The notes under the pieces: generated by a model | Told to the model about the DNA's origin: nothing | What the model saw: the letters and a program-made list of their open reading frames with translations, nothing else | Database searches by the model: none | Shown here: piece by piece, positions 17,234-25,859 of the stretch | Position numbering within the stretch: the first letter of the stretch is position 1 | Layout: each line of letters begins with the position of its first letter | Position numbers and translations under genes: made by a program | NCBI GenBank assembly: GCA_029260295.1 | Contig: JAJDDN010000004.1 | Location: 10,246 to 74,245, forward strand | DNA from: Phycisphaerales bacterium | GTDB taxonomy: Bacteria > Planctomycetota > Phycisphaerae > Phycisphaerales > UBA1924 | Length of the DNA stretch: 64,000 bases | Reading direction: 5' to 3'

Positions 17234-18664
17234 TCAGTGAGCCACCCGATGCCCAAGCATCGGTGCAACCTCTTCAAGAATCCGGTCCAGCGTCTCCTGG
17301 TCCCGTGCCTCAGCATTCAGTCTCAGCAGCGGCTCCGTATTGGACTTCCGAATATTCACCCACCAGCCCTCGTCCTCGAAGCAATCAACCGTGATCCCGT
17401 CAAGCTCATCGATCTCGCATTTCTCTGCGTAGTACTCCATGACCGACTCGATCGCGACATCCTTCTCTTCGTTCTCAAAGTTGATCTCACCAGACTGCAT
17501 GTACCGCGCCATTGGAGCAATCAGCTCGCTCATCGGCTTGCCGCTCTTAGCGAGCACAGACAAGAAAGTCGCCATCGCAATCGCGCCCGAATCCGCATTA
17601 AAGTTCTTACGGAAGTAGAAGTGCCCCGAAAGCTCGCCGCCAAACATCGCCTTGTTCTCTGCAAGCAGCGCCTTCATGAACACATGCCCGACGCGTCCAC
17701 GCAATGGGGTGCCGCCGTGCTTGATGATCTCTTCCTCGACCGCCTTGGTCGAACGCAGGTCATACACAATCGACGCCCCGGGCTCCATCTCAAGGAAATA
17801 CTCCGCCAGCAGCGCGGTCATCTGGTCACAGGGAACAATCTTCCCCTTCTCATCGACCGCAACGCACCGGTCCGCATCGCCATCAAAGCACAGCCCCAGA
17901 TCCGCGCCCTGCTCAACAACCGCAGCGCAAAGCTGCTCAAGATTCGCTTCGACCAGCGGGTTCGGATCATGGGCCATCTCGCCCGACTCAATATCAAAGT
18001 TCATCTCGATGATCTCAAGACCATCGACATTCTCCCCATTGGTCCCAAACACCTTCGGGCACATCATCCCCGCCATGCCATTGGACGCATCAACAACAAT
18101 CTTGAGCGGCTTGCTCGCATCCCGTTCACCAAAGTCCAGGAACTTGAGCACATGCTTGGCATAAGGCTTCCAAAGATCCCGCACCTCAACAATCGCCGAC
18201 GGATCAGGCACCGCGTTCTTATCCACCATCGCCGCATACTTGCGGACAACATCAAGCCCCGTCGTCTCACCAACAGGCTTGGCCTTCCGCTTAGAAATCT
18301 TAAACCCGTTGTACTGAGGCGGATTATGCGAAGCCGTAATCACCACCCCACCCGAAGCATCGAGATAGTTAATCGCAAAGTACATCATCGGCGTATCAAT
18401 CAAACCAAGATCGATCACACTCGCGTGATAACAAGTCAGCCCCCGGACCAGCTCATCCCGAAGCGTCGGAGACGACTTCCGCATGTCCCGCCCGATCACA
18501 ACATTCCGCATCATCGGAGTGGACTCGCCGTCATTGGACGCTTCCTCAAGAAGGAACCGCGCCGAGCCGCACCCGATCTGCCAGCCCATCCGGTCAGTCA
18601 ATAGATCTGGATAAGTCCCACGGATGTCATAAGCCTTGAAAACGCGTCCAAGCATGGTCAGCAC
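17234..18664 (-). CDS. phosphomannomutase/phosphoglucomutase (alpha-D-phosphohexomutase family)
   Basis: FKAYDIRG, active-site ITASHNPPQYNGFK, Mg site FDGDADR, GGELSGH. Confidence 0.9.
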   Translation of the reverse strand: MLTMLGRVFKAYDIRGTYPDLLTDRMGWQIGCGSARFLLEEASNDGESTPMMRNVVIGRDMRKSSPTLRDELVRGLTCYHASVIDLGLIDTPMMYFAINYLDASGGVVITASHNPPQYNGFKISKRKAKPVGETTGLDVVRKYAAMVDKNAVPDPSAIVEVRDLWKPYAKHVLKFLDFGERDASKPLKIVVDASNGMAGMMCPKVFGTNGENVDGLEIIEMNFDIESGEMAHDPNPLVEANLEQLCAAVVEQGADLGLCFDGDADRCVAVDEKGKIVPCDQMTALLAEYFLEMEPGASIVYDLRSTKAVEEEIIKHGGTPLRGRVGHVFMKALLAENKAMFGGELSGHFYFRKNFNADSGAIAMATFLSVLAKSGKPMSELIAPMARYMQSGEINFENEEKDVAIESVMEYYAEKCEIDELDGITVDCFEDEGWWVNIRKSNTEPLLRLNAEARDQETLDRILEEVAPMLGHRVAH

Positions 18665-18776
18665 TCCTGAAAATCACGCCCAACGAGGGGCCCAAACCCA
18701 TGCCCAGGCCTCAAAATGCGTGAACCCAGACGATAGGACACCGTCCCTCATTTGCCAACCCGATTCCCAGCCCCCT

Positions 18777-20915
18777 TTAGACCTTTGCCCCCACCCGGAT
18801 CACCTCAACCCCGCTCGGGATCGCATTCCGAAACGCCTTCCCATACCCAGTCGTCACAATCCGAGGATCCAAAACAACAACCCGTCCAGAATCTGTACTC
18901 GACCGGATCAACCGCCCAAACCCCTGCTTAAACCGGAGCACCGCCCGAGGCAGCGAATCATCCCGGAACGGATCACCACCGCGTAGCTTAATCAACTCAT
19001 TCCGCGCCTCAACAATCGGCCTATCCGGCGGATCAAACGGCAACCTCGTAATAATCACATTCCGCAGCCGGTCCCCCCGCACATCAACCCCCTGCCAAAA
19101 ACTCGAAGCCCCAAACAACACCCCCCGGTCATGCTCCCGGAACTCATCCAAAATCTGCGTCCGAGGCCCATCCTTCCCCTGCACCCAAACCCGATACCCC
19201 ATCGCCTCCAGCGGCCGACGCAAATCATCCGCCGTCTGATACAACAACCGGAAACTCGTAAACAACACAAACGCCCCACCGTCAGTCGCCACAACATGAT
19301 CCTTCACCCGCGAAGAGATCGCCTCTTCAAATGATTCCCCACTCGCACTCACCGACCCCCGCCTCGGCGTAGGAACAGATGCATCCACAAACACCTCCAC
19401 CTGCGACGCATAATCAAACGGACTCCCCAACTGCAAAACGCTCGCCCCCTCCCCCCCAAGCCGCGACAGACAATGCATAAACGCAGTCTCCGCATGCTCG
19501 GTCGTCTCATCAGGCTCAACATCCCGCGTCGTCAAGGTCGCCGAGGTCAACACCACCGAAGCATCCCCACCAAACAAATGCTCCTTCAACAACGGAGCCA
19601 CTTCAGTAGGACTGCACGCAATCGTCACCCGAACCCCCCCACGCCCAGGATTCCCGCTCGTCTCAATCCAATACACACACTTCTCGCTCGTCTGCTCGAT
19701 CAGCGTCTCGGCCTGATCCGAAATCTCCTTGGCCCGAATAGCAAAAGCATTCAACTCAAACCGATCAACCTCGTTGGTGACTTCATCCTTGAGCCGCTTA
19801 AGCCGCAGACACAAATCATTCATCGCAGGCGAAAGCACATTCTCCACGATCCCAGGAGCCCGCACCCGCCCGTTCACAAGCTCCCCGCTCACCATCTTCC
19901 GATTCAAAGAATCAAAGAACGCATCACTACACCGCTGCGCCTCCCGCACCAGCAAAATCGCCTTGTCCACAGGCTCAATATCCCCCGTCACCAACGCCAG
20001 CTGCGCCAGATACCCCCGCTGCGACTGCTCCTGATACAACTGCCGAAGCAAAAACCCGACCCGGCCTTCAGTCAGCGACAGCCCAAAGTGATCCGCCGCC
20101 GCATCCTCAACCGCGTGCGCCTCATCAAGCACCACATGGTCATACTCAGGCAAAAACCCAGCCCCCCCCCCAACCTTCATCCGCAGCGCCATATCCGAAA
20201 AGAACAACGCGTGATTACAGATCAACAGATCCGCATCATCCATCTCCTTGCGGGCCGCCTGATAAAAACAATCCCCATGATGCGGACACTTCCGCCCCAT
20301 GCAGTTCGTCGAATCCGACTGCACCGAGTTCCAAACCCCGCCCCGCTCAATCGAAGGCAGCGTAGAAAGCGTCCCATCCTCCGTCTCATACGCCCACTCC
20401 TCGATCACATCCAGCGACCGACGCGAAGGCCCATCCGGAAACAACTTATTCCGCCGCTCGCTCGCCAATCGCAGCCGACGAATAGACATGTAGTTCCCCC
20501 GCCCCTTAACCAGCACCGCCTTGCAAGCAACCGCTTCTTGCTCCTCCCCCGCCCCTGCGGGGGAGGTGGCCGAGTCTTCGAGGTCGGAGGGGGTCTTCTC
20601 TTCATCTTCCATCCCAGCCAACGCATCAAGCAAAATCGGAATATCCTTCTTCACAAGCTGTTCCTGCAGCGCAATCGTATTGGTCGCCACCACCACCTTC
20701 TTCCCCTCACGCATCGCCCGAACAATCGCAGGCACCAAATACGCAAAGCTCTTCCCAACCCCCGTCCCCGCCTCAACAAACAAATGCGCCCCAGACTCCA
20801 TCGCCCGATCCACCGCACAAGCCATCTCAACCTGCTCCCCGCGCGGCTCATACCCCTCCAAACGCTCCGCGATCGGCCCACCATCCCCAAGCAACATCTC
20901 AACATCATGACTCAC
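18777..20915 (-). CDS. dinG: DinG/Rad3-family ATP-dependent helicase (Fe-S type)
   Basis: VEAGTGVGKSFAYLVP, cysteine cluster CMGRKCPHHGDCFY, VLDEAHAVED, SATL, FWQGVDV. Carries an in-frame copy of the palindromic element. Confidence 0.85.
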   Translation of the reverse strand: MSHDVEMLLGDGGPIAERLEGYEPRGEQVEMACAVDRAMESGAHLFVEAGTGVGKSFAYLVPAIVRAMREGKKVVVATNTIALQEQLVKKDIPILLDALAGMEDEEKTPSDLEDSATSPAGAGEEQEAVACKAVLVKGRGNYMSIRRLRLASERRNKLFPDGPSRRSLDVIEEWAYETEDGTLSTLPSIERGGVWNSVQSDSTNCMGRKCPHHGDCFYQAARKEMDDADLLICNHALFFSDMALRMKVGGGAGFLPEYDHVVLDEAHAVEDAAADHFGLSLTEGRVGFLLRQLYQEQSQRGYLAQLALVTGDIEPVDKAILLVREAQRCSDAFFDSLNRKMVSGELVNGRVRAPGIVENVLSPAMNDLCLRLKRLKDEVTNEVDRFELNAFAIRAKEISDQAETLIEQTSEKCVYWIETSGNPGRGGVRVTIACSPTEVAPLLKEHLFGGDASVVLTSATLTTRDVEPDETTEHAETAFMHCLSRLGGEGASVLQLGSPFDYASQVEVFVDASVPTPRRGSVSASGESFEEAISSRVKDHVVATDGGAFVLFTSFRLLYQTADDLRRPLEAMGYRVWVQGKDGPRTQILDEFREHDRGVLFGASSFWQGVDVRGDRLRNVIITRLPFDPPDRPIVEARNELIKLRGGDPFRDDSLPRAVLRFKQGFGRLIRSSTDSGRVVVLDPRIVTTGYGKAFRNAIPSGVEVIRVGAKV
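20541..20610 (-). repeat. palindromic G/C-rich element, copy 1 (in-frame inside dinG)
   Basis: Plus strand: CTCCTCCCCCGCCCCTGCGGGGGAGGTGGCCGAGTCTTCGAGGTCGGAGGGGGTCTTCTCTTCATCTTCC. 10-bp stem CCTCCCCCGC/GCGGGGGAGG. Translates as EDEEKTPSDLEDSATSPAGAGEE in DinG. Confidence 0.8.
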
Positions 20916-21838
20916 TTGTTCGCAATCCCCAAAGGCATCCGCTTGGGCTCCCCGTCCTTCCGAGGATACATCTTCGGCGTAGCCCGCTGCTTCTCAAGCA
21001 CCACCACCCGCCCAGTAGGCGTCTCCACAGTCCCCACATGATGCGTGTGCAACATATGCAACGCCTTCTTCGCATCATCAACTTCCTCCCCCGCCTTCTC
21101 GCCCTTAGTCAGCACAACCAATCCCCCAACCTTCACCAAAGGCACCGTCAACTCCGCGATCATCGCAACCTTCCCAACAGCCCGCGCCATCGCCCCATCA
21201 TACTTCTCGCGATGCCCCCCTTCATACCCCTGCAAAACCTTCCGCCCCTTATCCTGCCCCAAACCCTCAGCACGACCATTAATCACCGTCACATTGGTCA
21301 ACCCCAACCACGCGACACAGTTCTCAATAAAGTCCGTCTTCCGCTTGGTCGCATCGAGCAACACAAAATCAATCCCAGGCATCACAATCGCCAAAGGAAT
21401 CCCAGGCAGCCCCCCACCAGAACCCACATCAATCACCCGCTTCCGTTCCCTCATCTCCCCCGTGGCACAGGCGTCCCGCCTGTGTTCTTCTCCTCCCCCG
21501 CACCCCGCAGGGGAGGTGGCCGAGTTTGGGGGGGCGAGGTCGGAGGGGGTCTTCTCTTCATCTTCATTCCCCCCACCCATCTCCCCAAGCACAGGCACCA
21601 GCGTCAACGCATCAAAGATATGCCGATCCCACGCCTCGTCCGCATCCCGGATCGCCGTCAGGTTCGTCCGCGTGTTCACATCCATCAACGCGGCCAAATA
21701 CTTCCCAAGCTGCTCAACCTCAGCATCCTCAAGCCCAATCCCAAACTCAGCAACCTTCCCCGCCCACTCTGCCGGAGGCTTGATTGCCTCAAGCTCATGC
21801 GAAAACGCCACCGGGCTCCCGCGAGTATCGTCCTTCAC
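20912..21838 (-). CDS. rsmG: 16S rRNA (guanine527-N7)-methyltransferase RsmG (GidB)
   Basis: LTAIRD..E.W.RHI.DAL and SAM motif VIDVGSGGGLPGIPLAI. The ORF maximum (21991) overlaps rodA by 149 bp, so I placed the start at GTG 21838, just after the rodA stop. The start is uncertain. Contains an in-frame element copy. Confidence 0.8.
   Translation of the reverse strand: MKDDTRGSPVAFSHELEAIKPPAEWAGKVAEFGIGLEDAEVEQLGKYLAALMDVNTRTNLTAIRDADEAWDRHIFDALTLVPVLGEMGGGNEDEEKTPSDLAPPNSATSPAGCGGGEEHRRDACATGEMRERKRVIDVGSGGGLPGIPLAIVMPGIDFVLLDATKRKTDFIENCVAWLGLTNVTVINGRAEGLGQDKGRKVLQGYEGGHREKYDGAMARAVGKVAMIAELTVPLVKVGGLVVLTKGEKAGEEVDDAKKALHMLHTHHVGTVETPTGRVVVLEKQRATPKMYPRKDGEPKRMPLGIANK
21466..21568 (-). repeat. 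palindromic G/C-rich element, copy 2 (in-frame inside rsmG) with an extra perfect hairpin
   Basis: CACAGGC-gtccc-GCCTGTG (21466-21484), then TTCTCCTCCCCCGCACCCCGCAGGGGAGGTGGCCGAG...GAGGTCGGAGGGGGTCTTCTCTTCATCTTCA. Translates as NEDEEKTPSDLAPPNSATSPAGCGGGEEHRRDACATGE. Confidence 0.8.
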
Positions 21839-21842
21839 AAAC

Positions 21843-23162
21843 TTACCTCGTGACGGCGCGCCCCGAGAATCCCGCGGACCTCCCGTAGGGCCTGGTTGGT
21901 TGCATGCTACTTTGGGGGGGTCCATCATCATCGGCGTACTCAAACGAAGCCCGGTAGGGCGGCCTAGGGCGGTGGAGCGCGACATTGACAATCAATCCCG
22001 TCATCACCCAGCAAGTCAGAAGACTCGATCCGCCATAACTCACGAAGGGTAGGGTGATCCCGATGATCGGGAGCATCCCGAGATTCATCCCCACATTAAT
22101 AATCACCTGAGCCGCAATAAAAGCCGGAATCCCCACCGCGATCATCCGCCCAAGCGGGTCCCGGCAGCTCGCCGCCACCAATAACGCCCCCCCGATCCAC
22201 ATCCCATACAGCACCAGCATCACAATCCCCCCCAATAACCCGAACCGATCCACCACCACCGCAAACACCATGTCATTGTGATCCTCAGGCAGCGAGTTGT
22301 ACCGCACAAGCGCCCGCGCCTCAGGCTCAGAAATCCCAGTCACCTGCCCCGCCCCAATCAGCGTCTGAGCCCGCGTGCTCTGATAGTTGATCCCATGCGA
22401 CCCAGAATCATCCCCCTGGAACTGCTTGACGATCCCCACAATCCGAGCCTTCTGATGAGGCCGCAGTAGCGGATACGCCGCCGGCGCCGCCATCGCCGCA
22501 CACAGCACAATCAAGGTCAGATGCCGCAACCGAGCCCCCGCCGCGATCAACATCGCAAACAGAGCAGGCACAAACAAACTCGCCGTCCCAAGATCCGGCT
22601 GCAGCGTAATCAACCCCACCGGAATCGCCGCGATAATCCCGGGCACAATCAACCCCTTGAGCTGACGATGCGCCGACCGGTACCGCATATACCGCGCCAC
22701 CAAAAGCACAAACGCGATCTTCATCACCTCCGACGGCTGAAAGTCCGCCACCCCCATATTGATCCAAGCCTTCGCCCCGTTCCGTGGAGTCACCAACCAA
22801 CTCGGCACCCCAGGCAGCATCAAGAAAATCAAAAGCCCAAGCCCAACCACATACATCAAAACCGAGAACAACCCAACAACCTTGTAGTGAGGCAGCGCGA
22901 TCACCACACACGCCATCAACCCAATAATCAAAAACACAATCTGCTTAAGCGCCTCAGCCGCCATCGGGCTCCCCGAAGTCTCCCGCACGCTCCCCTCCGC
23001 AATGTCAATCGCATAAATCCCGATAAAGGTCAACGCCAGCGATGCAAACAGCGTCAGCCAAGCCGCGTTCATCACCTTGACCGCATTGAAAAGAGACTGA
23101 TCCCCCCAGCCCGCGCCACGGATCGCCCGCACCCAAATCGGATCACGCCCAAACGCACTCAT
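21843..23162 (-). CDS. rodA: SEDS-family peptidoglycan glycosyltransferase RodA
   Basis: About 10 TM helices with FtsW/RodA-type motifs (QPSE.MK, PDLGT, LPFVSYGGSS). Lies immediately downstream of PBP2 with a 4-bp overlap. Confidence 0.85.
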   Translation of the reverse strand: MSAFGRDPIWVRAIRGAGWGDQSLFNAVKVMNAAWLTLFASLALTFIGIYAIDIAEGSVRETSGSPMAAEALKQIVFLIIGLMACVVIALPHYKVVGLFSVLMYVVGLGLLIFLMLPGVPSWLVTPRNGAKAWINMGVADFQPSEVMKIAFVLLVARYMRYRSAHRQLKGLIVPGIIAAIPVGLITLQPDLGTASLFVPALFAMLIAAGARLRHLTLIVLCAAMAAPAAYPLLRPHQKARIVGIVKQFQGDDSGSHGINYQSTRAQTLIGAGQVTGISEPEARALVRYNSLPEDHNDMVFAVVVDRFGLLGGIVMLVLYGMWIGGALLVAASCRDPLGRMIAVGIPAFIAAQVIINVGMNLGMLPIIGITLPFVSYGGSSLLTCWVMTGLIVNVALHRPRPPYRASFEYADDDGPPQSSMQPTRPYGRSAGFSGRAVTR

Positions 23163-25570
23163 GGCGAACCCCCATCCGAAACTACATTCCCAGGCAGATA
23201 CCCCTCGCTCACCAGCGCATGCACCACCTGATTATTAATCGCCCCAGACACCCGCGACCCAGACCCACCATAATCCACCACCACCGCAATCGCATACTCA
23301 GGCATCCCGCCAACCCCAACAAGCGACACATACCAACTGTGATCCCCCTCCCGAACAACCCGCGCCTCCAAAGGCCCATCCCCATCAGGATCAATCACCA
23401 AAGGCGAAGAAGTCGCCGTCCCCGTCTTGCCCCACACATCAATCCCCTCTGCATTGAACACCGGGTCTTGAATCGTGTCATAAGTCACATGATTCCCCGT
23501 GCCGTTCTTCGCGTTATTCACCACCTCGTACAATCCGTCAAGCGTCATCGCCACCGCCCAACCCGGCAACCCGATATTGCTCACCTCAGGCATCCCGCTC
23601 CTCTGAATCAGCCGCGGCGTGATCTCGAAACCACCACGCGCAATCGTCGAGTACGCATCAACCGCATGCAACGGCGTCCAAGTCACCGGCCCCTGGCCAA
23701 TCCCCATCTGGATCGCATCCTCAGGCGAAATCGAAAGCGTCCCCCCCTTCCCATCAAACACCCCCGTAGAACCAGCCCATGACGAACCAATCCCCAAATC
23801 AATCGGCACCCCAATCCCAAACATCGAATACACCTCTTCGATCCCAGAAGCCCCAAGCCGTTGGCCAAGCGTAAAGAAAAACACATTGGACGACACCATA
23901 AGCGCATCAGTCCCGTCAGGGTGCCTCTCCAACTGATCAAAATGGGTCAGACCAAGATGCTGGTATTTTTTAAATATCCACGACCGAAGCATATTGGGCC
24001 TGTCAGGATACAAATGCCCCGTCGCCTCGATCCGCTCCCCCTGCTCATACATCCCAAGCTTACTCGCCCCAGTCAAAACCAACGCCTTGGCCACAGACCC
24101 AGGCTGATAAGGCTTGGCAATCGCACGATTCACATACGGAAACCGCTCATTCTTAAACCGCTCAACACTCGCCTCAGTCGTAAGCCCCAACCGCCCCCAG
24201 TCCCCATCCCGCGGAGCCACAGGCGTAGACACCATCGCCAAAATCTCCCCAGTCGCCACTTCCAGCACCACCACCGCCGCATCAAGCTCCGTCCCCAACG
24301 CCATATCCGTATTGTCATGCCAAGGCTGCACCCGCGTCATCCCCACCATCGGATCCAGCACCGCCCGCACCCGCGCCGTAAGCGACATATCAAGCGTCAG
24401 CCGAACATCCTTCCCGCTGCTTGGCTGTATCTCGCTCACCCCACGCGTCTGCAGATGCTCCGTCCGCACCCCGCGCAACCCCCGCAGCGAATGCTCCATC
24501 GCCGCCTCAATCCCAGTATGCCCAACCCGATCATGATCCGTGTACCGCCCCCGATCCACACTATCTTCGGTCATCGAAGCAACCCGCAAAGACTCATCCC
24601 CCGCCAGCGCAACCCGACGCCGATCCGCATCCTCCTTAAACACCCGGTCCCGCACCCGCCCAAGCACCAGCGAACCAAGATCCTCAACAACAACCCGCAC
24701 CGTCGAATCATCCCGCAAAGGCAGCGGGAAGCTCGACCGATCCAGAATCACCGTTTCGGATTCAAACGGATACACCCGCCGAGTATTATCCGTAATCTCC
24801 ATCCCCGGAAACAACGGAATCATCTCCTCAAGCGCACTACCCCCCCCCTCCACATAACTCATCGCAGGCACCTCCCGCGTCACCATCCGCATCAACTCAA
24901 ACCCAACCTCATCGCTCACCCCCTCAACAACCGCGTGAGTCACCGTCTGCTCTTTGATCTTCGACGAAGAGTTCTTGACAAACTTCGCCAGATCCTCATC
25001 GCTCACCACAAAACCAAGCCGCTCGCGATCCTCAACCTTGTTCCGCACCCGCGCCCCAACAATCGACCGGTGCTGCCGTTCGATCCCATCAACAATCGAA
25101 TCCCGCCGCCCCATCAGCTCATCGAGCCCAACCCTCGTATACGCCGCGATCGTCCGCAGCGACGCATCCACATGCTTCTGATAAATCCGTCGATAGTTCT
25201 CAATAATCGCGTCGCGTTCCTCGGTTGAATACAGATCCCACTGATCCTTATGCGCCTTGCGGGCATACCGCCTCGCCCGGATAGACGCCCAATCCCCACT
25301 CAGCACCGAATACCCAATCGCCACATCATAACTCGCCTGGTCATACGCCAAGACCCGCCCAGTCCGATCCAAAACCCGCCCCCGCGTCGTCGGCAGCCAA
25401 GTCCGCCGGATCAACCGAGACTCGGCAACCTCCCGCGATGCCGCCCCGTCAACAACCGTCATCCAAGACATCCGCCCAAGGAGCCCAACAAACCCCGCGC
25501 ACACCATCAGCATCAACAGCACCAGCCGCCGATGAAACATACTCGGAATCAATCTAGACAAAGCAACCAT
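23159..25570 (-). CDS. mrdA: penicillin-binding protein 2 (elongasome transpeptidase), with large insertions
   Basis: N-terminal TM anchor. Transpeptidase motifs GSVAKAL (SxxK), SSN and KTGTA. Adjacent to rodA. Confidence 0.9.
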   Translation of the reverse strand: MVALSRLIPSMFHRRLVLLMLMVCAGFVGLLGRMSWMTVVDGAASREVAESRLIRRTWLPTTRGRVLDRTGRVLAYDQASYDVAIGYSVLSGDWASIRARRYARKAHKDQWDLYSTEERDAIIENYRRIYQKHVDASLRTIAAYTRVGLDELMGRRDSIVDGIERQHRSIVGARVRNKVEDRERLGFVVSDEDLAKFVKNSSSKIKEQTVTHAVVEGVSDEVGFELMRMVTREVPAMSYVEGGGSALEEMIPLFPGMEITDNTRRVYPFESETVILDRSSFPLPLRDDSTVRVVVEDLGSLVLGRVRDRVFKEDADRRRVALAGDESLRVASMTEDSVDRGRYTDHDRVGHTGIEAAMEHSLRGLRGVRTEHLQTRGVSEIQPSSGKDVRLTLDMSLTARVRAVLDPMVGMTRVQPWHDNTDMALGTELDAAVVVLEVATGEILAMVSTPVAPRDGDWGRLGLTTEASVERFKNERFPYVNRAIAKPYQPGSVAKALVLTGASKLGMYEQGERIEATGHLYPDRPNMLRSWIFKKYQHLGLTHFDQLERHPDGTDALMVSSNVFFFTLGQRLGASGIEEVYSMFGIGVPIDLGIGSSWAGSTGVFDGKGGTLSISPEDAIQMGIGQGPVTWTPLHAVDAYSTIARGGFEITPRLIQRSGMPEVSNIGLPGWAVAMTLDGLYEVVNNAKNGTGNHVTYDTIQDPVFNAEGIDVWGKTGTATSSPLVIDPDGDGPLEARVVREGDHSWYVSLVGVGGMPEYAIAVVVDYGGSGSRVSGAINNQVVHALVSEGYLPGNVVSDGGSP

Positions 25571-25680
25571 TCAAAAAACCGCCAACCAGACCCACAATTT
25601 CAACCGAAATAACAGCCACAATCCAACCCCATCATACCCAATCGGCCCATCACCCCCCTCCCCACCAATCCTCCCATCCC

Positions 25681-25745
25681 CTTCTCCTCCCCCGCGCCCC
25701 GCGGGGGAGGTGGCCGCCCAGCGGTCGGAGGGGGTCTTCCTCCCC
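25681..25745 (-). repeat. palindromic G/C-rich element, copy 3 (intergenic, upstream of mrdA)
   Basis: CTTCTCCTCCCCCGCGCCCCGCGGGGGAGGTGGCCGCCCAGCGGTCGGAGGGGGTCTTCCTCCC, in the same orientation as copies 1 and 2. It sits between the mrdA start (25570) and the LVIVD gene start (25860). Confidence 0.75.
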
Positions 25746-25859
25746 TCTTTGTAATTGCCAACCATTCCCCCCCTTTCACTCTTGCACCCACACCCGATCC
25801 CCAGTAAACTAACATATATAAAACTATATCCAACCCCCATCATCCCCGAGCCCCAACCC

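Noticed and set aside
17237-18604. 455-aa plus-strand ORF antisense to phosphomannomutase
   Set aside because: The same Arg/Pro/His-rich antisense signature. The minus-strand product has the canonical TASHNP active site.
19473-21041. 522-aa plus-strand ORF across dinG and rsmG
   Set aside because: It is antisense to two well-supported genes, its sequence is low-complexity, and it spans a gene junction.
23861-25228. 455-aa plus-strand ORF antisense to mrdA
   Set aside because: An Arg/Pro/His-rich antisense artefact. The minus strand has the SxxK, SSN and KTGT motifs.
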